Source: a virus. Taken from it: DNA of 64,000 bases. Positions 50,701 to 58,636 of the stretch are shown here, piece by piece (the first letter of the stretch is position 1; each line of letters starts with the position of its first letter). The translations under genes and the position numbers were made by a program. Location of the stretch: the IMG/VR virus record IMGVR_UViG_3300048694_001005, positions 64,001 through 128,000 of that record. One strand, 5' to 3'. The notes below the pieces were generated by a model that had not been told where the DNA came from, did not search any database, and worked only from the letters and a program-made list of their open reading frames with translations.

Positions 50701-51013
50701 CAATGTTGCACGTTTAGTTGTTTACATTCGTGAACGCTTGCAGCAAATCGTCAAGCCATTCTTGTTTGAACCCAACGACAAGATTACACGCGATGAAGCT
50801 AAACAGGTTGTTGAAAGTTTAATGAACGACTTGGTGGCAAAACGTGGTCTGTACGATTATTTGGTAATTTGTGATACGACAAATAATACTCCGGATCGCA
50901 TTGATCGTAATGAGTTGTATATTGACGTAGCTATTGAACCAGTAAAAGCAGTGGAATTTATTTATATTCCAGTGCGTATTAAGAATACTGGTTCAATCGC
51001 AGCAGGTACTTAA
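47792..51013 (+). CDS. gp18: Tail sheath protein (gp18-like), enlarged
   Basis: LVSPGVSVQVIDES; ISSQRELVSTFGTP; VPPSH..WFAPAG.RRG; LYENKINPI; YGQKTL; LDRINVARL; FLFEPND; P.KAVEFIYIP. ORF track start 47777 is upstream of SD. Confidence 0.95.
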   Translation: MVSLVSPGVSVQVIDESIYAPTAVATVPLVIFASAQDKTTPSGTTAAGTLMANAGKTYLISSQRELVSTFGTPQFYKDSNGTPLHGYEINEYGLMAAYSALGVSNRVYMLRADIDLAQLVGTSVRPTAAPANGTVWLDLADTRWGLFEWDADTKTFVNIDSPTLITSVSQLVGSVVTGAPLQTIGSVGDYAIVVASTQNSVYYKCHDNTWQEVGSDDWCSRIPAIISGYTNPSINASHSLFINTQEVTLTAATIANVASRINTAAITGITAFNDNGVLKICADSTATSDGSTVDGQIHITAGTGTLLANLGITAGFYKRATFVAQPHTQVPSWKTSGTDTRPSGSVWAKTTSPNAGANYVVKVYNSLTKTWNTSAATLSVTESNLNTILDPAGGGANIAQGSFAVIVNSMRQSPTVAEFELHTRAVYGATVITGTATNPTLSTPASFTIGTSVVGGTSITNTTSVTVPSSSLVDLVTAIQSLNIENLTVSITTAGAIQFTHTKGGNIVFNNTSGTPLTTLGITSSTPYVTLRANGTLAGSNWVAATYTASMETPSTDPETGTYWYDSVTNEVDIMIHDGNTWKGYKNVTNDARGYNLFNTDPAGPIVSASEPETQTDGSALVYGDLWIDTSDLENYPKIYRYDNVSGMGKWQLIDNTDQTTENGILFADARWATNGTTDVITDDKPTIVSLQSSNHLDIDAPVAANYPRGMLLWNTRRSGYNVKKFVYNYFNATDFPDDTLPDYTNAWVNASGNRNDGSPYMGRKAARVIITSAMAAVVSTSTEIREEQRNFNLITCPGYPELADEMIALNNDRKSTAFIIADTPMRLAANGTVLQNWALGNDYDSITNADPYVGVFYPSGVTSNPFTTGNAEILVPPSHMALRVIIRNDDVAFPWFAPAGLRRGLVDNATRVGYIDAATGELQTVGITEALRDTLYENKINPITYLPGTGLVVYGQKTLNPYASALDRINVARLVVYIRERLQQIVKPFLFEPNDKITRDEAKQVVESLMNDLVAKRGLYDYLVICDTTNNTPDRIDRNELYIDVAIEPVKAVEFIYIPVRIKNTGSIAAGT

Positions 51014-51025
51014 TTAGCAACAAAC

Positions 51026-51056
51026 AAAATAAAGGGGCTACGGCCCCTTTATTTTT
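51026..51056. terminator. Bidirectional Rho-independent terminator
   Basis: Perfect 13-bp stem AAAATAAAGGGGC-TACG-GCCCCTTTATTTT between sheath and convergent endonuclease. Confidence 0.9.
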
Positions 51057-52695
51057 GAGTCCATGTCCAACGGCTGTTACCGCAGTCCCAAATTCGTAGA
51101 TAGCCCTGTTTTAATCTATTTTCGTATTCGGTCAATTGTTGATCATCCTTTTTATTTTTTCTTAAAGCAAACCTATGAATACGTTTTAGGTTTTTCAAAT
51201 CAATATACCAATAATTGAGAGAAGTGTTGCCTTGGTAATCAAATCCTAAAGTTTGATATAATTTTCCTGAGCCCCACCTAAGGTCACCATAACTTATTAC
51301 ATGCTGTGGTTGATACTGTTTAATGAAAAAAGTAAATAACTTGCTTGCACCGCCCACAACATTTTTTCTTGTGCAGAACCTAACCAATTCCCAGTGGTTA
51401 CATTTTCTCTTTCCCCCTTTGGCTGGGTTTAAGGCTGCAAAGGTCATTACTGCCACTAACTCATTCGCAAAATAAAGTCCAAGTTTAATTTTAGATTTAG
51501 CGGAGCCCTGAATATGCCACAAGTCTAAAAAACCTTTTTCCTGTTCTTTGTTAATAATTTTCACTTCGCATTTTCTAGCATATATTTTTTCATTGGACAT
51601 CCCTAATGCATAGGTGAGTTTTTGTTTTACAATTTCTTTCTTGTGTTCCCATTCATCTTCAAAGATATGAATTAATTTAATACCCTGTTTTTGAGCTGCG
51701 CATAATTTTTCAAAATGATATTTTTTATCAACCCTAGTATCGTTATGCCAAAATAACCCATTGAATTCTATCCCAATCTTTTTTTCTGGAACAAAAATAT
51801 CAATCTCTTGATTACCTAACAATTTTTTATTTTCTAAAATTTCTAATCCTAGACTTTTAATGAATTGCTTGATTTGTTGTTCCTTCAAACTGCCTTTGTT
51901 GATGCCAGAACAGTACAAACAAGGTGTGCCAGCATTACGTATCCTCCATTTGTACGTTTCTGAAGGTAAAGCGTCAACATTGCCGCAATCGCAGGAAAAT
52001 TTTATTACTTTATTTGGATTCTCAAATAAATTTGTTTTTTCTTGATCGGCTGTAATATCTAATAACTTAATTGACGGTGGTGAGAATAATTGATAAGAGG
52101 TCCAACGGTTTTCTTCGCTTTTAGCTTTAAATTCTTCACTCAAATAGTAATGCTTTACTCCATAATTTTCTAACAATGTTTGCTGGCATTTTTCTAAATG
52201 AGTAGACAACTGTCCGGCATTAGTTACCCCATATCTTTCCTTCAATGTTTTCCTGCCTTTTATATTCAATTCTAAAGCTCGTTCTTTGGCTTTTTGAGCA
52301 GTGCGTGGCGAAACCTTTGCTCCGTATTTCTTCAACATAGTTTCGGTTCTTTTTACTTGTATGATTTTAGATTTCTGCGGATTATCCACACCATATTTTT
52401 TGAGGTTGGTGGCTCTAAATTTTGTTAATCGTGCATTAACTTTATCATGTGTTTTGGAAATTTGATCTCTACATTTAGTGCTACAGGTTTGTTTACCTAA
52501 AGATTTGACTGTTACACCACAGCAAATACAATAAGGTGACGTATTGTTCACAATGGAATAGATCTGTAAGTTGAGACTGACACCAGGATACAAAGCATCT
52601 AGAGAATTAATTATTTCTAAATTTTGCCTAGCTCGTCTGGTGCGCCCCTTGGCAGCTATTTTTTCAAAATACTCTTTAAGTTCGTTTTTGGTCAT
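51049..52695 (-). mobile_element. Hef-like homing endonuclease (PD-(D/E)xK / Vsr-like domain, KYGV repeats, C-terminal GNAT-like domain)
   Basis: KKYGVDNP, KKYGA, ERYGVTN, ENYGVKH repeats; EIDIFVPEKKIGIEFNGLFWH nuclease core; YARKCEVK..WELVRFC..VVGGASKL..IWDCG; AT/Lys-rich and antisense between sheath and tube. Confidence 0.8.
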
Positions 52696-52803
52696 AAGTG
52701 ATTTACTGGTAATTTGTGATTAAAAGTATTTAAGATAAAATATGTCTAATTATATACGTAGTTTATACCTGATATAAGTAGACACCAGAAAACCCGTCAT
52801 CAA

Positions 52804-52810
52804 ATAAATA
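52804..52810 (+). promoter_or_regulatory. Late promoter ATAAATA for tail tube
   Basis: Followed by AAGGAG SD and ATG 52840. Confidence 0.8.
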
Positions 52811-52839
52811 TTAATGTATCCTTTTAAGGAGTAACAAAA

Positions 52840-53457
52840 ATGTCAGTAGCAAGTTTAACTAAATTTACAGTACCACTAGCAAGTGATCAAAGCGCCAGCA
52901 GCCAGGGCCTGTTAATGCCCAAACTGCAATATCGTTTTAGAGTGACCTTTGAAAACTTTGGTGTCAGTACTCCACGTACAGAATTAACAAAGCAAGTTAA
53001 CGATTTTAAACGTCCCACAGTTAGCTTTGGTGATATCGTAATTGATACTTACAACAGCAAAGTAAAGCTAATTGGTAAGCCAGAGTGGCAGGATGTTACA
53101 GTAACCTTCCGTGACGACATGCAGGGACAGGTCAGCAAACTGATTGGTGAACAGCTACAGAAACAGTTTGATTTCATGGAACAGGCCAGTGCATCTTCTG
53201 GTATTGACTACAAGTTCATCACACGTTGCGAAATGCTGGATGGCGGCAATGGTGCAAGCACTCCCACTGTATTAGAAACTTGGGAACTGTATGGTTGCTT
53301 AGTGAGTCAAGTAGATTACCAAACAGTAGACTACAAAAGCAATGATCCAGTTACAATTCAAATGACCATTAAGTTTGACAACGCAGTGCAAACGCCAGTT
53401 GGCACAGGTGTTGGTGCTACAGTAACTCGTGCATTAGGTACTGTAGTAACTGGTTAA
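52840..53457 (+). CDS. gp19: Tail tube protein (gp19-like)
   Basis: YRFRVTF, RPTVSF, GKPEWQDVTVTFRDD, WELYGC, IQMTIKFDNA; follows sheath; strong SD. Confidence 0.85.
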   Translation: MSVASLTKFTVPLASDQSASSQGLLMPKLQYRFRVTFENFGVSTPRTELTKQVNDFKRPTVSFGDIVIDTYNSKVKLIGKPEWQDVTVTFRDDMQGQVSKLIGEQLQKQFDFMEQASASSGIDYKFITRCEMLDGGNGASTPTVLETWELYGCLVSQVDYQTVDYKSNDPVTIQMTIKFDNAVQTPVGTGVGATVTRALGTVVTG

Positions 53458-53477
53458 TAATAACTATAAGAAATCTT

Positions 53478-53506
53478 AAGCCCGGCTTCAAAAACCGGGC
53501 TTTTTC
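53478..53506 (+). terminator. Rho-independent terminator
   Basis: AAGCCCGG / CCGGGCTT stem then TTT(T)C after tube stop. Confidence 0.85.
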
Positions 53507-53524
53507 TTATGCATAAATATCTAT

Positions 53525-54568
53525 ATGTCCATATTAGATAGCATTCTTAAACCTATAACCGGTCTCACTGGCAGTGGCTTATTAAAGAGCCTGGGCCAAA
53601 GCGAGAATATGCGTGATTACCAACATGCTAGTAAATTGTTTGTATCAAATGGTTACGAGCTGTCGCCAAAAACACAATTTCTTTATCATGTATACTTCAA
53701 TATTAATTCATCAGCTAGGTCACTGGTTCAAAATTGGGATAGCTTAAAAAAATTAGAAGTAGGAATGTTAGTAAAAAGTGTGGACCTTCCCAAATACAAA
53801 CTTAACACCAAAGTGTTAAATGCTTATAACCGCAAACAGATTGTGCAGAGTAAACTGGATTACGAACCGGTACAGTTAGTAATGCATGACGATTCACAAA
53901 ACGTAGCTCGTGATTTATGGCAAGCTTATCTTAAATATTATTACAGAGATACAGACTATGGCGTTGACAAGTATAAAGTTATAAACACATATGATCCTAG
54001 AATTACTGATCAGTGGGGATATACAATACGTGGTGATACCGGTGCTGCGCAAAACTTTTTTACAAGTATAAAGATTTACAGCCTTAGTTTGAAAAAATAC
54101 AGTTTATATGAATTAATTAATCCCAAGATTGACGGTTTTGAACATGGTAGGCACGATGTAAGTCAGGGCACAGGCACAATGGAACATACCATGCGTGTAA
54201 GTTATGAAACTGTGAAGTATAGTCAGGGATATGTAGGCAGTGGTAATGTAAGCGGATTTGCACAACAGCATTATGACACACAGCCAAGTCCATTAAGTCC
54301 CTTGGGTGGTGGAACAAAAAGTATATTGGGTCCAGGTGGCCTTATTGATAGTGCCGCAAACATTGCAGATAATTTGGGAGAAGGTAACTTTGGTGCTGCT
54401 GCGTTGGGTGCACTACGTGCTAGTCAAAATCTTAAAAACTTTGATTTTAAAGCCGTGGCCAAACAGGAATCTATAGACAGCATTCGCAATGTTATACGTA
54501 ATACTGCTAATGGCCCATTTAAATTTCCCAGCCCTAACAGTGAAAAACCTAATCAAGCTACTCCATAA
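53525..54568 (+). CDS. Second tube-fold protein (gp54-like tube initiator)
   Basis: VKSVDLPKYK, NAYNRKQIVQSKLDYEPVQLVMHDD, YELINPKI, MRVSYE resemble tube family; ATAAATA at 53513-53519. Confidence 0.6.
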   Translation: MSILDSILKPITGLTGSGLLKSLGQSENMRDYQHASKLFVSNGYELSPKTQFLYHVYFNINSSARSLVQNWDSLKKLEVGMLVKSVDLPKYKLNTKVLNAYNRKQIVQSKLDYEPVQLVMHDDSQNVARDLWQAYLKYYYRDTDYGVDKYKVINTYDPRITDQWGYTIRGDTGAAQNFFTSIKIYSLSLKKYSLYELINPKIDGFEHGRHDVSQGTGTMEHTMRVSYETVKYSQGYVGSGNVSGFAQQHYDTQPSPLSPLGGGTKSILGPGGLIDSAANIADNLGEGNFGAAALGALRASQNLKNFDFKAVAKQESIDSIRNVIRNTANGPFKFPSPNSEKPNQATP

Positions 54569-54571
54569 ACT

Positions 54572-54937
54572 ATGGCCAACTACAGCAATTTACCAGTAAT
54601 AGACAAACCAGAAACACAGAGATATTTTGAAGAATATTTTGTGAAAGAACGTGGAGTCAGTCAGAATTTCTACGACAGTGCTATAGCTTTTTTTGAACAA
54701 CAAACTAATGGCAACAAGTTGGCCGCAGCTAATATTGTTGCTGCATTAATTGAAGTAGTTAAAACACAAAACTTAGACCCAAACGAACTATTAGATAATT
54801 TTAGGACCATGAGCATGCAAGACATTAATATGTTCATGGTTACCGCACTAAATTTCAATAGAAAAAACACAAGCTTTTTGGGATTTAGAACAGTACGTCG
54901 CAGCAATGCATTAGTAGATAGAACACTTTTGCCCTAA
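54572..54937 (+). CDS. Hypothetical structural-region protein
   Basis: 121-aa ORF tightly coupled to neighbours. Confidence 0.7.
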   Translation: MANYSNLPVIDKPETQRYFEEYFVKERGVSQNFYDSAIAFFEQQTNGNKLAAANIVAALIEVVKTQNLDPNELLDNFRTMSMQDINMFMVTALNFNRKNTSFLGFRTVRRSNALVDRTLLP

Positions 54938-55374
54938 TGGCCAATAGATTTTTAAAGGGTGAATATAAACTACAGAATCCAGAAAAGTATACTGGTACAA
55001 GAGCGCCTCTATATAGAAGTTCTTGGGAATATGGGGTCATGCGATTGTTTGATAATAATCCAGCGGTAATTGCCTGGGCCAGTGAAAGTGTAGTTATACC
55101 CTATATAGATCCACTAACTGGGCACAAGAAAAATTATATACCGGATTTTCTCGTAGTTTATCAGGATCGCAAGGGTCAAAATCATGCGGAGATAGTGGAA
55201 GTCAAACCCAGCAAAGAAGCATCACTAACCGAAGCTAAGAGCATCAGAGACAAGGCCCTAGTAGCACGTAATCAAGCTAAATGGCGTGCTGCCACTGCAT
55301 TTTGCAAAGGTGCCGGCATGAGCTTTAGAGTAGTAACCGAAAACCAAATTTTTGGCGCTGCTCGCAAGCGGTAA
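54937..55374 (+). CDS. gp4: Head-completion nuclease gp4 (TnsA N-terminal-like)
   Basis: NPEKYTG..YRSSWE..W.SE...IPY..P...YIPDF..VEVKP..KW.AA..FC..FRVVTE. Confidence 0.85.
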   Translation: MANRFLKGEYKLQNPEKYTGTRAPLYRSSWEYGVMRLFDNNPAVIAWASESVVIPYIDPLTGHKKNYIPDFLVVYQDRKGQNHAEIVEVKPSKEASLTEAKSIRDKALVARNQAKWRAATAFCKGAGMSFRVVTENQIFGAARKR

Positions 55375-55381
55375 ATACAGC

Positions 55382-55873
55382 ATGACCAAACATTTAGAAG
55401 AATTGTTCAACATACCACCAACTCCCACTCAGTTAGAAGAAAATTTACCCATAGAAGTATTGGAGGAAGTTGATGCAGCTTTGGATAAAATAGATAATGC
55501 ATTGCCGCAAGTGCGAGCATTAGAGTCCAGTGACAGTGAACTAGACGAACTAGCTAATTTGGCCAAAGACAAGTTTAACGATCTCATGGATCTAGGAATG
55601 AATGTAGAACCGCGCATCAGTGGGCAAATATTTCAAACTGCTGGTGTGCTTTTAGGACATGCCATAACTGCCAAACAGGCAAAGATAGACAAAAAACTGC
55701 GTATGGTACAGTTACAAATACAAAAAGCTAGGCTGGATAAAACAAATAATTCAGCACCGGCCGGGGCGCAACCTGCAGAACCAGAGGAAATTGAGGGCAA
55801 AGCTACGGTAATAGATCGTAATAGCTTGTTAAAAACTATACTTGCAGAAGCAAAAAAGAATGAAAACGAATAA
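55382..55873 (+). CDS. Putative terminase small subunit (gp16-like)
   Basis: Helical ELDELA..FNDLMDLG..EPR..QIF..A..L pattern resembles gp16-type small terminases; GTAAATA at 55371 and ATG 55382 (ORF-track start 55352 overlaps gp4). Confidence 0.5.
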   Translation: MTKHLEELFNIPPTPTQLEENLPIEVLEEVDAALDKIDNALPQVRALESSDSELDELANLAKDKFNDLMDLGMNVEPRISGQIFQTAGVLLGHAITAKQAKIDKKLRMVQLQIQKARLDKTNNSAPAGAQPAEPEEIEGKATVIDRNSLLKTILAEAKKNENE

Positions 55874-55895
55874 ATATTGTGATAGGATAAAGACA

Positions 55896-56489
55896 ATGAA
55901 ATCACTAACCCATTACCTAACCGAAAGTGCAAGAACCTACAGTTTTAAAATAAAGATTGCTGTAGATAGCCTAACTGATGAACAAATTGATGCTATAGAG
56001 CAACAACTACAGGCATACAAATTGGTCAACATAAGCAAACCAAAACGACTGCCCATTCAACAAAATCCCTTGGGTTTTGAACATTTGGGTGCTGTTACTG
56101 TACAAGCTATGGAAGCTGAACTAGCTTACCCAGCAACTGATGTACAGGTAAAAGAAGCTGTAAGACTGGGTTGCAAATGTGCTGGCAATCACATTTATGT
56201 TGGTAGCGAAGCGCAAGAGCAAGATACTGTTCGTTTAGACCTGGACGAAAAAGATGGCAAGCCCATACTAATGCAGGATTATGATAAAAGTGATCCCAAA
56301 GTAAAAGAACTTTATGGTGATGAAAACATTAAGATCATACTAAAAGATTTTGACAGCAAGAAACGCAAGTATGAATTTGAAGTAGTTAACAACACCGAAG
56401 CAAAAAGCACGAATGATTTACCGCAGGGTAAGATGAGTCCTGTTGGCAGTACGCAAAACAAGATTCCAGACCCATATAAGAACCGTTAA
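55896..56489 (+). CDS. Hypothetical head-associated protein
   Basis: ATAAATA at 55870-55876 and AGGA SD point to start 55896 (MKSLTHYLTE), resembling a capsid-targeting leader. Confidence 0.7.
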   Translation: MKSLTHYLTESARTYSFKIKIAVDSLTDEQIDAIEQQLQAYKLVNISKPKRLPIQQNPLGFEHLGAVTVQAMEAELAYPATDVQVKEAVRLGCKCAGNHIYVGSEAQEQDTVRLDLDEKDGKPILMQDYDKSDPKVKELYGDENIKIILKDFDSKKRKYEFEVVNNTEAKSTNDLPQGKMSPVGSTQNKIPDPYKNR

Positions 56490-56500
56490 GGACCTGTACC

Positions 56501-58159
56501 ATGAAAATGATAAACGTATTGAACAAGCTAACTGAACTAAGCAAAGAAAACACCAGTCCCGATGTCAAACAGGCCCTGGAAAGTACACGTAAGATAAATG
56601 GTGATGCTAACCTACAGGTCATTGAAGAACACATCGTGGAAGGTCGCATTGACGATTTGAACGATCGTCGCGCAGCTAAAAAACGCAAAAGCAAAAAGCA
56701 CAAAGACAAAGCTGGCACCAAGGAAAAGCCACGTATGGTCAAGGGTCATCGTTATGGTGGTAGCAAACAAAAAGATGATGATGACAGAGAAGATTTGGAT
56801 GAAAGCGATGAGCTAGCACGCCGCGCTGATTTACGCGCCAAGTCTGGTGAAGGTATTTTGACTAAGAGAAAATATGGTCCTGAATACAAAGCTCACATGC
56901 GCAATAAAAAGAATTTAAAGCAGGATCCTTACAAGATTGCTGGACCAAAAGGTGCATTGCCCGAATCAGAAGTGCAAGAAGTAATCACTAAGAAAACACC
57001 TGCTGGTGAGATCATTAGTGATTTCCAAAAGAGCAAGAACCCAAAGTTTAAGGGTAAGAGCAAAGCCAAGCGCAAGGACATGGCGCTGGGAGCATACTAT
57101 GGCATGCATCCCGAAAAAAGCAAAGTTAAAGAAACAGCAATGACACCCAAGCAAAAGAAATTCGCAGCATTAGCAAAGCCTACGAACAAAATTACCTATG
57201 CTGACAAAATTGCTGGCGCACGTAAGAACACTGGAGTAAAAGAAACTAAACTAACACCCAAGCAAATGAAGATTGCTAAAGCAGCCAAGCCAACCAATGC
57301 AATTACCGGTGCTGATTTTGCAGCATTGCGTAAGGGACGTAAAGTTGAAAGCGCATTAGTTCGTGAAGGTACTGAGCGCAAAGCTAAAAACCTAACTGAA
57401 AGCAAAATGATCACAGAGACCAATGATTTGGTTGACTTGAGAAAACTAGCTGGCTTAAATGAATGCGGCATGATGGGTACCACAATGGGTGCACATACAC
57501 CAGCAAACATCAGTATTAATGCAAGTGCAGCCAGCGGCAGTGAAGTAGCCAGCATGATGCGTGACTTGATGCGTTTAGCCGGTGGCGAAACTTCGGCACA
57601 TGTGCCCGAGATTGCAGTAATGGATGGTGCAGCCTGCGGTGGTATGGAAGAAATGGTGGATGAAAGCGAACAAGACGGACACTTTGCTGATGCTACCACA
57701 GAACCAGCAGAGCAAGTATTTGACGAGAATCCAGTTGTTTCAATGACTGGTAAACAAGTGCAAACACCCAATGGTAATGCACGTCAAAACGACAATCCAC
57801 TAGAAGAAAGTCTTTGGAAAAAATACCAAGCACAGGTAAACGAAGGATTCGATCCTGAAAGTTTTGAAGGCAGCACAGATGTAACTTGGATTGGTGACGA
57901 TGGTGAAGAAGTGGAGGGATATGTAAATTATATCGCTACACCTGATCCACAAACCGGACATTTACATGTTAAGTTAACTGGTGGTGCTGTAACTGGTAAC
58001 AATATTGCTGCTAAAGTTGACGATCACATGATTCAGTATCTAATCACTGATCCAGACTACAGTGCGGAATATCAACAGGCTGCTGAACAGGATGCACAAG
58101 CACAGTGGGACTCACGTGACGCTAAACAGCACGACTTGGGCGATCCAGCAGCTATGTAA
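56501..58159 (+). CDS. Modular prohead-core/internal protein-like ORF with many [ILV]-x-E sites
   Basis: Basic modules separated by IVE-G, LDE-S, VKE-T (x2), LTE-S, LNE-C, VDE-S, LEE-S, VNE-G; 37-aa tandem duplication at 57143/57254. Confidence 0.7.
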   Translation: MKMINVLNKLTELSKENTSPDVKQALESTRKINGDANLQVIEEHIVEGRIDDLNDRRAAKKRKSKKHKDKAGTKEKPRMVKGHRYGGSKQKDDDDREDLDESDELARRADLRAKSGEGILTKRKYGPEYKAHMRNKKNLKQDPYKIAGPKGALPESEVQEVITKKTPAGEIISDFQKSKNPKFKGKSKAKRKDMALGAYYGMHPEKSKVKETAMTPKQKKFAALAKPTNKITYADKIAGARKNTGVKETKLTPKQMKIAKAAKPTNAITGADFAALRKGRKVESALVREGTERKAKNLTESKMITETNDLVDLRKLAGLNECGMMGTTMGAHTPANISINASAASGSEVASMMRDLMRLAGGETSAHVPEIAVMDGAACGGMEEMVDESEQDGHFADATTEPAEQVFDENPVVSMTGKQVQTPNGNARQNDNPLEESLWKKYQAQVNEGFDPESFEGSTDVTWIGDDGEEVEGYVNYIATPDPQTGHLHVKLTGGAVTGNNIAAKVDDHMIQYLITDPDYSAEYQQAAEQDAQAQWDSRDAKQHDLGDPAAM

Positions 58160-58173
58160 TTTCAAAGCAATGA

Positions 58174-58611
58174 ATGATTGTTTATTCAAATTCTGTGGAC
58201 ACCTACGTTTTAAGTCGGTTGTCTGAACTCAAACGAATCCGCCGTGGCTATCATGCCACGGCAGTGCCCTGGTACTATCAATGCAATGTGAACAACTGGG
58301 ATTGCCTTAGTGGGTTTCCAGTTGACATCACTAGTGTTAAACTAGTCAAAGTATCAGCAAAGCTATACAAAAAAACGGCAGTTAATTCTCTCACCTTGGC
58401 CAAGACTGAAGCCCTGGACTTTGACTGTGTTCGTATTGCGATACCACTTAGCGATCAAGGGCATTATGAGCTGCATGCTGGTGCTGACACCGTGTCGCTA
58501 AAATATGGGCGTGTTTATGTGTTCACAGCAGTGGATACTATGAAATTATCAGTTAAAAAACTCAGCAGTAAAGACTATTACCTATTGATGATTGATTGCA
58601 TATTAGTATAA
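58174..58611 (+). CDS. Hypothetical protein, possible degenerate cupin/beta-hydroxylase-like fold
   Basis: RIAIPL..L.YGRVYVF..LLMID pattern resembles Asp/Asn beta-hydroxylase-like proteins but no HxD triad seen. Confidence 0.45.
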   Translation: MIVYSNSVDTYVLSRLSELKRIRRGYHATAVPWYYQCNVNNWDCLSGFPVDITSVKLVKVSAKLYKKTAVNSLTLAKTEALDFDCVRIAIPLSDQGHYELHAGADTVSLKYGRVYVFTAVDTMKLSVKKLSSKDYYLLMIDCILV

Positions 58612-58614
58612 ATA
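58607..58614 (+). promoter_or_regulatory. Exact T4 late promoter TATAAATA
   Basis: Followed by GAGGA SD and ATG 58637. Confidence 0.8.
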
Positions 58615-58636
58615 CTGATATCCTGAGGACAGAAAC

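Noticed and set aside
58174-58611. Active 2OG/Fe hydroxylase
   Set aside because: No HxD...H triad visible; only fold-like resemblance.
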